64,000 nt of DNA from Tubulanus polymorphus (lineage: Eukaryota; Animalia; Nemertea): NCBI RefSeq assembly GCF_964204645.1, contig NW_027437436.1:115001-179000 (forward strand), written 5' to 3'. Of this stretch, positions 24,343 through 36,829 are shown piece by piece. The notes below the pieces were generated by a model. It was given only the letters and a program-made list of their open reading frames with translations. It was not told the DNA's origin and made no database searches. How positions within the stretch are numbered: position 1 is the stretch's first letter; each line of letters starts with the position of its first letter. The position numbers were made by a program, and so were the translations under genes.

Positions 24343-25318
24343 TTTTCCTTTGTAACGTATATACGCTGTCTTTCGCCTCCTCAAACAAGACCCGTTCTCG
24401 TGGGTATATTTGATCCAGTTAAGACGGATGTATATTTTTGGCTAATAACTTTTCGTTTAATATGAATATTGTTGTTCCAATTTATTTCTCATTAAATGCG
24501 ATGTAATTCACCGCTTAATAAAACGACTGAGTTGAAATTGCCACACCCAACAATACAACTGAGTTGAAGTTGCCACACCTAACGATAAAATGCGCAGTGG
24601 GCGGATCTAGCCCTCAATTTGACCATGTCACAGCTTTTGAAAGGGCATTATTATTTCCATACTGATAGACTTAAAAAGGGTCAACCAGCAAGTGCCATAT
24701 AGCCATTAATCATCTTACAAAATTTAAATTCATTATCTTTGTTTTTAGGTAAGTATGTTTACAACGTCAAAATTGATGAATGAGATTCACAAAACATTTT
24801 ATTACTTGTACAAGTAAAATTTGAAATAAGATCAAGCAAAACCAAATATTCTTTCGAGACGAATACGTTAATGTCTTAATTTCTTCATCGTCTCAAGGCG
24901 CTGTTTCAAATTTGAAGGTTTAAAGAGATCGCGTAACTGCGCCAGCTACCTAACTTTATCGGGATCTAACGGTTCCCGCGCGTTTAGAATGTTACCAATA
25001 ATCAGGTCATAAATCGGCTCCTTGAAAGTCATATCACCAGACCAGTCGTCTTTCGTTGGACGCGATTGTCATTGAAAAATAAGCGCCTGCCTCCCCCGTC
25101 ATTTTTCCAAAAAGTGCTGATGAGAAATAAGGATATTTCTTGTAGCGAGGACAGAATACCATATGCAGTTTTCTATACGTTGGATATATTTTCCTCCTAA
25201 TTCTAGTTGCGCAAATGTATTACTCTTAGCCACATTTTTTATTATTTTAAGTTACAATACCTTCATTTCTTTGGTTAAATGTAGTGCATGATGAGCGTAG
25301 TCGTTTTATAGTTGACGA

Positions 25319-28200
25319 TATAACACCGTAGATATTTAACTAAATTTAGTTTAAATTAACAGAGCATTTTTTAGGTCTAGTTATGAATTCTATTTCTTAT
25401 TTTACAAATATTGTCTTATTTTCATTGATGTTACTAAGGGGGCAGGATGGCAATCAGTTTTGGAGTGTCGGACTGTTTTTTTGTTTTAGAAATGTACTTG
25501 AAGTGTCAGTCAGTTTGTATTGTTTTGATAACTGCCTTCTGGTCTCTGCCACCCTTGATGTCTTATGTAATGGCATCCGGTTCAAAATTTGTTGAAAGAA
25601 ATCAGAGATTCGAGTTGTAGCTTTTGAGCGGGTTGGATGTCCAGCCTAGTCCCTCCGATATATCCAAGAAAATAAAGTGAAATTTAAGTTAAGTTTGAGT
25701 TTGAAGTTTTAAGAACGCTTTCTCGTCGTTGCTTCCTGATCGTCGACTTAAGGATTTTTAACGTAGTTACCCTGTGCTTGCAAGGCGGAAATCTCAGGGT
25801 GCTACAACTGTTGGTTGAACCCGGGCACGATAAAGATAAACCTAGGTATCCGTCCTCGAGCTAAAGTGAGTGCTGAACTATCTGTCGCTAAGTTCCCGAG
25901 CTTCAAGATGACAATACGTTGGAATTCACATCCGGAATGGAGGCAAAAAGGACATCGAACTGATGCGCACTGTTACGGTAAATCAATCAAAATTGTGTGT
26001 AATCTTTGTTCTAGAATCGGACATTACGCTAGATTTTGTCCAGTTCAATTCTCAAAATTTCCCAGAAGAGAAACAAGATTTATTCGTCGGAAATCCGAAA
26101 AACAACGAAATCGGGACAAAATACGTATGGAAAATTACAATCGTTGGAAAGAATCGCGTTTTGAAGTCAGCCAGTTAGAACAGAAAATTCATAGCTTGGA
26201 AAATCAGCTTCGTGTCACGAATGAAAAACTGAAATCTGTTGAATATCGAAATTCGGAACTATCGTGTCAGATATCATCAACAAATCGTGATCAACCGTCA
26301 GACTTTTGGCATGATGCGCTTGAGGATCCATGGCTCCGAGACGTAAGCGTTCAAACTCAACTCGAATTTTCGGATAAAGATATTTGCGTTCAATGCGATT
26401 TATTGCCATTTGAAAAGACTTTATGTGATGCCAGTTCTCAGTGCACCATTGAAAATACCGTTTTAAACGTTGCGCCGTGGTTAGAAACTTCAAATTCGCA
26501 AACAGCCAAAAAGGAAAATTTTATTCGAAATATGATCACAGAAAATAACCGGCTAAAATTCGAAAACCAAGAGCTCGAAAAGAAATACACTGGAATGTGC
26601 GTTCGTATTCCTGCGCTCGAACAACAAGTTTATCGCTCGATGCAGATCATGAGCAGTTTAAATCTCTGTCCCAACAGTACAGATTCTGGGACAGCGCGCC
26701 TACCGTCTGAAAGCGTCAGAAAATCGAAGAAAAGACGCTCAAAACGGCTATAGAAAATAAATGTATTTAGTGGAGTTCTTGTGTTTTGCTCACGTCCGCT
26801 AGCAAAATGAAGAAATTATTTAGTACATAGTTGAATTTATTTGCCAATATCATATGTATGAAAACTAACTATTACTTGCTCAGTACACGTCTACGAGCAT
26901 GATTAATGTTAATTGAGATCGATTGGAAAAAGAATGACAATGTAAGATTAGACTAGCTGTATGTCACAGCAGATAAAAAGAGAATTATATGAATATTAAA
27001 ATATGTGGGATTGATAGGAAGTTAAATTTAATGATATGAATATATACACAAGAGTTGCGGTAAAAATAAAAGTATATACGTAATGATCGAAATAAAAGGA
27101 TTATTCAGTATACCTGCTGATTCCCTTTCTGCATCACATAAGAAGAGAAGAATGATTTATTTTAAAACCTAGGATAGACTATGTGTCATTTATGTAATTT
27201 CATTGTTTTTGTATTGTCACGTAATTGATCTGAACGTTTTGTGTCTTCTTTAAGTATTTGTATTCGTAGATATTCCATTTTAGCATAATGTAACCGTATT
27301 AGCATATATATATCATTCATCAATGGTGGTGGGTTTAGTACATTTCACCTACAAAAAAAACCTTTTTAATAACTTACAGTCATTCCGTGCTACAGGGACG
27401 ACCGGTAACCCTACCCTTTTAAACTGATTGTATTGTTAATTTTTAAGGAATAATCTAGAAAGCAAAATCATATATATCATATTATGAAATACATTTTTAC
27501 TGCTTCTACCATAGTTTATTTCCTCAAACAACGTAAATGTGTTCATTCTATTCTAATTGTAACTCAAATAAGTTAAATTGCAAACACAGAGCATTTTATA
27601 CATATTCTATTAATCATCAGTTTATAATGATATACCAATAAGAATGTATTTTCACATAATGCACTCAACTTTTGCATTACATGCAAAAGTTGAAGGAGAA
27701 GCAATGGGAGAATATAACACCGTAGATATTTAACTAAATTTAGTCTAAATTAACAGAGCATTTTTTAGGTCTAGTTATGAATTCTATTTCTTATTTTACA
27801 AATATTGTCTTATTTTCATTGATGTTACTAAGGGGGCAGGATGGCAATCAGTTTTGGAGTGTCGGACTGTTTGTTTGTTTTAGAAATGTACTCGAAGTGT
27901 CAGTCAGTTTGTATTGTTTTGATAACTGCCTTCTGGTCTCTGCCACCCTTGATGTCTTATGTAATAGCATCCGGTTCAAAATTTGTTGAAAGAAATCAGA
28001 GATTCGAGTTGTAGCTTTTGAACGGGTTGGATGTCCAGCCTCGTCTCTCCGATATATCCAAGAAAATAAAGTGAAATTTAAGTTAAGTTTGAGTTTGAAG
28101 TTTTAAGAACGCTTTCTCGTCGTTGCTTCCTGATCGTCGACTTAAGGATTTTTTACGTAGTTACCCTGGGCTTGCAAGGCGAAAATCTCAGGGTGCTACA
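25319..28200 (+). mobile_element. Non-autonomous LTR element, copy 1 (LTRs 25319-25806 and 27713-28200)
   Basis: 488-bp direct repeats bounded by TATAACACC...GGTGCTACA; 4-bp TSD ACGA; TGG-initiated PBS-like sequence after the 5' LTR; purine tract gaaggagaagcaatgggagaa before the 3' LTR; no pol motifs. Confidence 0.93.
25908..26753 (+). CDS. 281-aa CCHC zinc-knuckle plus coiled-coil protein inside the LTR element
   Basis: First ATG at 25908. CNLCSRIGHYARFC = C-X2-C-X4-H-X4-C; heptad-rich VSQLEQKIHSLENQLRVTNEKL; basic tail RKSKKRRSKRL. Open in both copies. Confidence 0.8.
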   Translation: MTIRWNSHPEWRQKGHRTDAHCYGKSIKIVCNLCSRIGHYARFCPVQFSKFPRRETRFIRRKSEKQRNRDKIRMENYNRWKESRFEVSQLEQKIHSLENQLRVTNEKLKSVEYRNSELSCQISSTNRDQPSDFWHDALEDPWLRDVSVQTQLEFSDKDICVQCDLLPFEKTLCDASSQCTIENTVLNVAPWLETSNSQTAKKENFIRNMITENNRLKFENQELEKKYTGMCVRIPALEQQVYRSMQIMSSLNLCPNSTDSGTARLPSESVRKSKKRRSKRL

Positions 28201-28429
28201 ACGATATTACAACGCGCATAACGTAGATTTTATGAATAGGAATCGTTTCCATCTAACGTAATTCAAAAATCGTTATCGAATGAACGATGAAAATTGTTCC
28301 TGCGAACTCAACAAATGAGTCCAAGTTTGTCTAGAGAAAACGTATAATTTGATGATCATGAAGGCTTAAAAGAACCGAGATGGTTAATTGAACCAATGGG
28401 GTATCGGCACAAACCAGATGGCGCTGCAA

Positions 28430-29080
28430 TACACTCAGACTAATTATTTTAATGATCAAATTCAAAATGACCCTAGGTGATGTTTCTATAAACTATTCAA
28501 ACCCAGTTTTATGTTACAAAAGTACTTTCATTTACCTCTTAATCTCGCAATTAACTTGTGTAAATTTAGAACCTCCAATCTTACTACTACTGCTACTAGA
28601 AACCGTATTTTCAACCTTCCTGTGAACGGTGGTGACAAGTGCCCTCTGTGTTGTAAAGGAAGGCTCATTTCTAATGAGTCACACTATATCATTCATTGTC
28701 CGTCCCTCGTATTTGAAAGACAATTTTTTGCTGAAGTCCCGAATGATTGTAATTTTAACAATATCCTGATTGATCTTTTGCCCAATCACCTAAAGATCTT
28801 GCAGTTTATTTGCAAGAAACTTAGAAAAAAATTGAATCTGTCTACTGAATGACTGCTCTCATTTGTATTTTTCTAAAGTGTTATATTTGAATGTATATCT
28901 CTATGCATGGATAGTTCTAATTAGTTGCTATGCTATTTTCTGTTTGTTCATTTAGACAAGTATATTGTGTTATTGAATTTGTAATTTTTTATTCCGTGTT
29001 ATACATCTGTAAATCTTGTGCTGTCCCTCTAATACCTGTAATGGGTTTGAGTGTAAATAAAATTGAAAATTGAATTGAAT
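28430..29080 (+). mobile_element. LINE 3' fragment (duplicated at ~46228-46878)
   Basis: LCKFRTSNL..CPLC..SNESHYIIHCPSL is a LINE ORF2 C-terminal zinc-finger region; tail aataaa(attga)n. Confidence 0.8.
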
Positions 29081-30257
29081 TACGTAGTGAAAATTAGTTC
29101 ATTTTCGATGAATTTTGAACTGGAATTTTAGGCTCTCATATGGAATTGTTGTCAAATAATTCATCAAATAGATATAAGATGGACGTTACCAATAAATGTA
29201 TGGTATAGTCTCATTAGAAATTGATGGGAAAAGTTGAGTCGAGTTGAATTAAAGAAAAGTAGAAAAAATTGAAGCGCGGTAACCGAGTCGAACCTGGTGG
29301 ATCCTCGCCTGCCGCACTTGGAATTCTCGATTGCCTCAGAGCCCATTGATGCAAACATGAGCATACGAATATTTATCACCACAATTTCCTAGTTCAAAAT
29401 CCTCTTCATAACGTTTGTAACAAACGGCTGGACAACACGCATTTCTTCGATTTCAGCAACGAGTCTGACCATCCAGCTTATTTGACCAATGAATCTCCTC
29501 AATGAATTAAACCAGCTGCAGGTAGGACCCCACTTTCGTTCACTCTGAAACCGTAGACGGCGTTTTTTTCCTGTATGGTGACCCTGATATCCTTGCATCT
29601 CATTTAAACCACCAAATCATTTCAAAAGTGGGTCAAAAAGTTTAGTTCAAAGTTCAAAAATTTACTGCTGAAAATTATGAACGTTGCAACAAAAATTAGA
29701 ATACACTGCAGACTGAACCAAGTACCATCATTTTCGTTTTCTATTCGGTATTTGCCTAGTTATTGACGAATTTACCCGTCAAATTATCTATTCATAATTA
29801 TATTTCTATTTTTCTAAATCACGCCCATAATGCTGATTACATCGCGATTATTATATATAACCGTATATTCTGTAAACTTTTGATCATTTTCTCGGTATAT
29901 GGAGGAAAATAGGATACGGACGTATTTGGAATTAATTACAGTAATAGAAGATGACAAATTTCAAAAAAATTAACAAACATAATTTAAAACATCATTGTTT
30001 ACAATTGTCCATACTTCTGTACGGATCTATACGTCAAGGCCTATTTTGATTAATTCAGCCAGCTTTCAAGTTGGATTCTTTTATACATCTAAGTTCCTTA
30101 AGGTAAAAACATGTAAGTAGTTTTCATGGGATACTGTAAGTTACAATCACGAAATAAATGCATTACGTCGTATTATGACATGTATTGATAAAACGCCATC
30201 AAGCTGATTAATATGGTTTTCAAATTTGATATAATTTTTATATTGCCTGAAATTAAT

Positions 30258-30335
30258 GTACAGTAGAACTCGCTCACCTCGGATCACGGGGGACCGTAAA
30301 ATCTTTTCCGAGGTAGGCGAATTCCGAGGCAGGAG
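30258..30335 (+). mobile_element. Tc1/mariner (pogo/Tigger-like) terminal remnant (duplicated at 48056)
   Basis: TA-CAGTAGAACTCGC start with tccgagg subterminal repeats; the other end was not confidently found. Confidence 0.5.
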
Positions 30336-31745
30336 CAGAAATAGAAATGAATATTTTCAAAGACATAATAAGCTCCGATGTTTTAAGACATATCAAAACA
30401 AATGACCAATGAAAACTTCCCATTGTTTGTCTTTTCTTGACGTTAATAAGAATTCCTGGGGGAATTTCAGAGGGATTAAGTAAAGTTTAATCCAGCCAAG
30501 TTGCTTTTAAACGTACGTGATTTGATTTCCTGGCTATACATACTTTCTATTTCTCCAATAGATGGCGGCATTTGTCACGATAATTATTTAGGAACTCATT
30601 TTAGATTACCGGTAACACACTTGCGAATGCGATAAAATGTCACAAATAATAGACTTTTAATTTGAGATGTTTTACATTTTCAAGCTACATGTATAGTTCA
30701 AATTGTTTCAATTGTTTGAGTTCAAGTAGCTGAGGTCTGCTTAGTGACATTGTACACAGGTGAATGCGTGTATTTGATCACAAGTTATTACATCTTGACA
30801 GTGGTCGGCCGAAATGGTCGACACATTCTAAACGATTTAGAAAGCGGTACGGATTTGATCAGCATTATTTCCTTATTTCCAGCACTATATTGTTACAAGC
30901 ACCAACGTTTTCAGTCCTTGCAAATGGGTTTTTCAAATTAAAGCAGCAAAATCAGAGTAATCGCACTAGGCTAACGTCTATAGATAGGGGCCTAGTGGAA
31001 GGTAGAATTTACATGTCTATTGACAAGTTGACGGCGGGCTCTCTTTCTCAACGTTAAAGAGCAGCCACCATATGAGCTGTCAGCTAGATGCATAGCTTAC
31101 ACAAATGATCCAACACGACCCAGTGAATATACGAAACAGGCAGCTCATTCACACTGTTCCAGGGCCATGAACCCACTTTTCTAACACTTGATCGTTCCTA
31201 CATAGCCTGCTGTTAACTCGTCAGATACAACGGTGTAAATAACCATCATCGTATATCTGGATTGCGTTAAAGTTATATTTTGAAATCTTTCAACAGTCCA
31301 TGTGGGCTGGCTGTTAACCTTCAAGTTATACAATGTATCCTTAGCTTCCTTGGATTTTCTATTTTGTAATCATCATTATCTTTATATGTTTTACGTGCCT
31401 AGTGAAGGTCTCCGTTGTAGTGGCAGAAATGGTGAAATTGTGATCGTATGTATAATTCCCAATTTCAACCAGGAAAGTGCTCAGAATGCGCCTAAAATGG
31501 ATCTCATTTTTCAAAATCAAACCCCAACTTATAACTCGTACCTACAGCCCTGCATTCTTTTTTTTCGTAAACTTACGGATCTATACGCATAATAAAATTA
31601 CTAGACGAGCATGATCTAATGAGTCGATTTCAAATCGAATCATGTTTCCATAAGCATCTGTTCCAAGATTTCTCACTAGCGACACTTGGTCGATCCTCAC
31701 TTGCCACAAGCTGGTTCATCTAATGCCGCAGTGTCGATGCCCCTA

Positions 31746-32987
31746 CTACACACTAGTGACACCTGCTAGATCCTCAATTACGGAAGTCTCGAACGTGAGA
31801 ACTTCGCCTGACTGAATAACGGGTTCACGGGGGATATCTTCACCTGGACGAACATAGATTTCCCTGGCATGATCTTTAGCTGACCGAATAGCGGGTTTTG
31901 TGGATAGATTTTCGCCTAACTGAGGGTTGGCGGATTCCCGGGGTAGATCTTCACCCGTGCTAACAGCGGGTACCTGGGTTAGATCCTCAACTGACCGATT
32001 AACGGATTCACGAGCACCACATTTTTGCTTACAACACGTATTGAAAATGCACAATGACGACTTTAAAACGTCTTTTACATCGTTGTTTAACCTTCCACTC
32101 GTGGCGCTCAAGAAATACATGTTCAACGCATTATTCAGCGACGTAAAATGAGAAAGAATGTTGTAGATGAGTTGATATTTAGCGTCCAAGTAAAACTCCG
32201 GTTTGATTTTTACGAATATCGTCGCTACCGAACTCGTTATCACGTAAATCGTGCTTATGGTTACGATACTTAGAGTTATCGGTTCGGATATCATTTTCCT
32301 CGCGGAGGAGGAGTGCGCCGGGTTGACAGCTGACCTACGGTGGCGCAGCACCGCGTGCAAAATCACCGTATTGCAAACGATGATGATAGTGGAGGGGAAA
32401 GCGAAATACATCAACATATCCATGAGTACATACAATTCGTAATGCGGCCTGAAAAACGGCAGCGGCTGGCAAATTCCATCTACGACGTCTAAGCCGTAGA
32501 TCAATTGGGAATAGAACAGCGATAAGGTAGCGATTTGAACCGCGATAGTCGCATGCCAGAATTTCTTTCGTCTACGCTCTACCGAAATACTCGGGTTATA
32601 TCGCGCCCGAGCAGCGATCAGCGCCCGTTCAACGCACAGGTCGCACATGATCCAAGTCGAAATGGTCGTCAGTACGCCTCGACTAAAATATACGGTACGG
32701 CAGAATAGCGCGCTGCGGTTCTGTAAGTTATGCACCGTCGAGTCGGCTAAATTCAGCGGCAAAAACGAAAAAAGCAAACACATCTGATCGCCGATGCACA
32801 GCAGCAGCCACATCGAATAAACGGTGAATTTTCGGTACGTTTTAGACATCAATACAACGATAGCGATTACGTTTCCGAAAGAACCGATCGGGAGAATCGT
32901 GCACAGCCCGATAATTGCGGATATACGTTGCGCCAGAATCAAATTTGGATTGGACTCGGAGTTCGTACCATTATTTTCCGCGTACAT
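31746..32987 (-). CDS. Intronless rhodopsin-like (class A) GPCR, 413 aa, divergent peptide-receptor-like/putative chemoreceptor, copy 1
   Basis: Seven hydrophobic segments; N-terminal NGT glycosylation site; TM1 GN; TM2 LCIGD; Cys at the top of TM3 and in ECL2; STW..VER in TM3; TM5 P..N; TM7 NNALNMYFL; repeated C-tail. Confidence 0.93.
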   Translation of the reverse strand: MYAENNGTNSESNPNLILAQRISAIIGLCTILPIGSFGNVIAIVVLMSKTYRKFTVYSMWLLLCIGDQMCLLFSFLPLNLADSTVHNLQNRSALFCRTVYFSRGVLTTISTWIMCDLCVERALIAARARYNPSISVERRRKKFWHATIAVQIATLSLFYSQLIYGLDVVDGICQPLPFFRPHYELYVLMDMLMYFAFPSTIIIVCNTVILHAVLRHRRSAVNPAHSSSARKMISEPITLSIVTISTIYVITSSVATIFVKIKPEFYLDAKYQLIYNILSHFTSLNNALNMYFLSATSGRLNNDVKDVLKSSLCIFNTCCKQKCGARESVNRSVEDLTQVPAVSTGEDLPRESANPQLGENLSTKPAIRSAKDHAREIYVRPGEDIPREPVIQSGEVLTFETSVIEDLAGVTSV

Positions 32988-33349
32988 TTTTCCTATGATG
33001 TGTATACGCTGTCTTAGCTATTTTCGCCGGCAGCCTCCTCAAGCAAGACCCGTTCTCATTGGAATATTCGATGCAACTGAGACGGATAGTTTTAGCTAAT
33101 AACTTTTCGTTCAATATGACTATTGCGGTTTCAATTAATTTCTTATTAAACACGATGCATTTCGCTGCCACACCCAATGAAAGAACTGAGATGAAGTTGC
33201 CACACCCAGCCGTACAACTGTAACCAGTTCAACAATTTTACGCACGGCCTTCGTGAAATTCGTTCAGTGCGTACGTCATAAGGTATGTCGACCGGTGTTT
33301 GTATGAGGAATGAAATTAATGATTGCCATCGGCGCTGTCAAGCAATTTA

Positions 33350-33800
33350 AAACAAGAGGCCCACGGGCCTTATACCGTCATGACGCAGTAGAAGTAGATT
33401 GATTTAGTATTTAAAGAATTTTACAGAAAGATTTACATTGTAACGACGTAACAAATTTTAAAAACAGTTAAGATGGTATATGCTATGCGGCGATAATTTT
33501 CATTTTCTCTTTAAATTTTCCTTATATGAAAAGACAAGCCCATTATAGCTGCCTCAAACATAACACTACAAAAATATCCAAGATGGATGGGAACCCTGAC
33601 AGAGAAACTTGACCTCAATCAAGGGGTAGACATTTCACCTACTAAAATTCTTACACTGAGTATCATGATAATGCATCAAGAATGTGTGTGTAATTCAAAA
33701 ATTCAGTGCATCTTAGTTTGTGTTGTCCCTGTTTGCATCGCGCACGTGGTTAATATAATTGTTTACATCGAACGTCTTCAAAAGCTGATATAAACGCACC
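33350..33800 (+). mobile_element. Helentron-like non-autonomous element remnant (duplicated at ~51148)
   Basis: Starts aaacaagaggcccacgggcc, a short-hairpin terminus resembling HINE elements of marine invertebrates. End approximate. Confidence 0.5.
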
Positions 33801-34468
33801 CGCGCCTGTCAACCAATCATCTTAATTGATTCATATACTTAAATGCTCACTATGAAAAAACTATGTGGTGATTCAATGCGGAAGTTTTCAGCAGAATTTC
33901 AGACACTAGGTACCTTCTTTTAAAGCTTAATTTGTTGTATATCATTTACAATAAGTTATATAATACTTTATTCTTAATTAACTTTGAAGCGGCGCGCCGG
34001 CAGCGAACGCTCAAGCTAGGTCAGTCACCAAGGCCAACATTAACACGAAACAGACCACGCTTTATCGCGGCTGAGCGTCTCTACACATAAGTTACAGGAA
34101 CCATTTGTTGACACTTACCTCTAATTAACTCCGAATAAGATAATTCAAGATAATTCCACTGTTCAACGATCGACGCGCAGCTTAAACATGGCGCCGTAAT
34201 TCAGCACGCTTTTCATAATGTATCTCTTTCAAATCACATTTTAATTACAAGTGTTGACTTGTGGTAAACGATCGAAATCTACCAATTTGATTTGGAAAAT
34301 ATGATCACTATAGTTCAATAAGTTGATAAACCACATCCAACTGTCTAATCATTTGAAAGCTTGCCTTCTTATGGAACTATTTCCGCCATATCACAGGTAC
34401 GTTTTCCCACGATCTTACTATGAAAGTAAAATAGGCTTATTTCAGTGAGCTTCTTGCGCCTTCTTTAA

Positions 34469-35018
34469 AGGGTAACTGACACTTTTTCATTTCAAAATTC
34501 GATGTTCTATCGAACCTAGGAAGATTTTAAAATATGTCAGTTCAAAAATGTGTAGTTTCCGCGTATATCATAATTTTATGAGACAATTTTTGACCTCATT
34601 TCGTTGTATACATCGCGTTAGAAATCATCGGCAATTTCCGTCGATCTCCAGCGCTGTGATGTCAATAAAGGGAGCGCTGAAAATTCTCTTCTATGAGATA
34701 ACGTTGTGTTTTTACTACTGTGTTTTCACTGCTTTTTCTCAATGGCAAATGGTTGTGTTTGCTTTGGGTGCGATTATTCGGGTTGGGGAATATTTCTTAT
34801 TCCGAAGAATCCTGTTCATCGAGAAAAATGGGCTTCCTTTGCGGTGTTGTCATATCGCGGAATCACGGTATCGCAGAATTTTCCAAAAACACGGAAGGGT
34901 CCTTCTCCAAGAAAGCTGTTTTTTGGTGTCCCACAAAATAGAAATCGACTATCGGCACCAGAAAACCCATATTCACTTAAATTTTAACCTGTAGATCAGT
35001 ATATTCAAAAGATTATAG
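34469..35018 (+). mobile_element. Left end of a Kolobok-like element with degenerate THAP-domain exon (ATG 34742)
   Basis: TTAA followed by AGGGTAACTGACAC; MANGCVCFGC..FLIPKNPVHREKW matches the THAP N-terminal C-X-C..P..R..W pattern. Confidence 0.65.
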
Positions 35019-35321
35019 AACGCAGTCTCAAATGTTTCGTGACTTTCTCAAAATGTATCAAAAATTTAACTAATTTTTAGTTCATAAGTCCTCAAATATT
35101 CATAAATGAACAGTTAAAAATTGTTGAAACATGTCGACTCTACCGTAAAATCAACCTATTAACAGTCCGGAATTTGGGATAATATTGGGCTTTAGAGAAC
35201 ATAATGCCCCCGAGGTCTTCACATTTACAGAAAAGATTACGTAAGTGATTCACGCGCAGCGCGCGATAGGCGCACAATAGAAATCTGAGCCGCGCGTTCT
35301 TTGAGTGTCACCAATTAAGAG

Positions 35322-35680
35322 GACCGCTATTGTGAAAATTGACTGCGGGAGGCATATTCCTCCCAATGTCAATCGATGGAAACTTGACCATGGGGTCCGA
35401 TATTTTAACAATTGACTTTGGGAGGAATATTCCTCCCAAGGTCAAACGAAGAGAATTTGACCTTCAGGTCAGATATTCAAAGTATCGACGTCGGGAGGAA
35501 TGTTCCTCCCTATGTCAAACCATCGACGTATAATTTAGTTTATACGTCCATGGTCAAACGAAGGAAAATGGACCTGGTCTGATATTCGAAATATTGTCAT
35601 TTGTCAACTGAAGGAAAATGAACCCGAGTCTTAGATTCAAAGTTTATTGATTTAGGGAGGAATTTTTCCTCCCACCACTA
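35322..35680. repeat. Subterminal-type repeat array with palindromic GGGAGGAATATTCCTCCC units
   Basis: Four copies of the palindrome (35348, 35420, 35493, 35655) among ggtcaaacgaag..gacc repeats. Confidence 0.7.
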
Positions 35681-36829
35681 AACGCTATAACCTGAAATTT
35701 TAGAAAGATAGGTGTTTTGGGTGTAATTAGTTTTTTTAAAGTCATAAAGCCGGTAGATTTATGAATTTCGAGTAATTTCGAGCAATTTTAGAAAACTAAA
35801 TAGATTTTGTATTTTCTTTGTCTAACAGTAAATTGCTATAACTTTGTTGACAATCAATTGTAATCAGATTGTAATCGGGCCCTTCCCGATAAACATGTAG
35901 AGGGGAAATCGTATTTTAAAACACGAGCATAACATAGAAATTAAGTTTTGATTATACAGGGAATATATTAGGACTGCTTACAAATTTTCACTAGACTGCG
36001 ATAAATCTAAATAGCTTAACGGCATGAGTTTAGCTAATTTACGGGTTTAAAGGTTCATTTTCAGAGTCAATGGACGTAATTTGATAAATGCATTATTTAA
36101 ATGGAAATTCTATAGTAATCGATACAAATCATTTATATTAAGTGTTTTGTGTTAATTAAGAATGGTCATTCACGGATTAAAGATCATTATGAAGCTGATA
36201 CATTTCATTCGTGTGGATTATTCTCTCATTACTAGCGTTAATAGGAGATTCGCGTGTCACGCATGATAAAAAAAAAATATTCGAGTCGTATTTCTTTCAT
36301 TTACGGTCGCAAATTAGCCATTGTCCTAGTGAGCATTATTCTCATTCATACGTAAAAGTGTATTCGGTATGAGGGTTTGTTTCTTTCTTCACTCCTTTAT
36401 ATACAATTCAGAAATAGGAGTTGATAAGGAGGTTTTTTACTCCTAACCGAACTCAGTTCCCATTCAGTTCAGTTCAAGTTTATATGCATGGAGATCTATG
36501 AAATAAGGGAAAATACAATCCAGCCTACTAGCCACTGAACGTTAGCACCCAGAAAACGTCAGGAATTTGCAGAGAGAAAACATTATGTTACAAAAATATC
36601 GGATAAAATTCATTCTAAACACGCGTTACTAAGCCCAGAACTCCAGATATCGGGATGTTATGTCTAAGGCAGATTTCCCCCTTTGTGACACAACCATTTA
36701 ATTACTCATGTGACCATCATGTTTTAACACCTCTCACAATCAAGCTTAAGATTAAGTGGCCTGTGGTATGAATGTTTTAGTATTGATTCATATAGGAAGC
36801 ATTATAGTCTTTACATTGAAATTAGTTGA

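Larger units (their letters stand above)
24285..35018 (+). repeat. Segmental duplication unit A (~10.7 kb)
   Basis: Collinear with 42082-52791 from gcgccagaagcc to gattatag; offset 17797-17800, then 17773 after a 27-bp indel. Confidence 0.97.

Noticed and set aside
25383-25595. 70-aa hydrophobic ORF recurring at 27777 and 43180, looking like a secreted peptide
   Set aside because: It lies inside the LTR, repeats only because the LTR does, and is frameshifted in the fourth LTR.
29275-29350. GGTTCGACTC B-box on the minus strand suggesting a tRNA
   Set aside because: No cloverleaf; at most a SINE-head relic.
31405-31440. Hammerhead-like CTAGTGA...GAAA
   Set aside because: Core and stems too degenerate.
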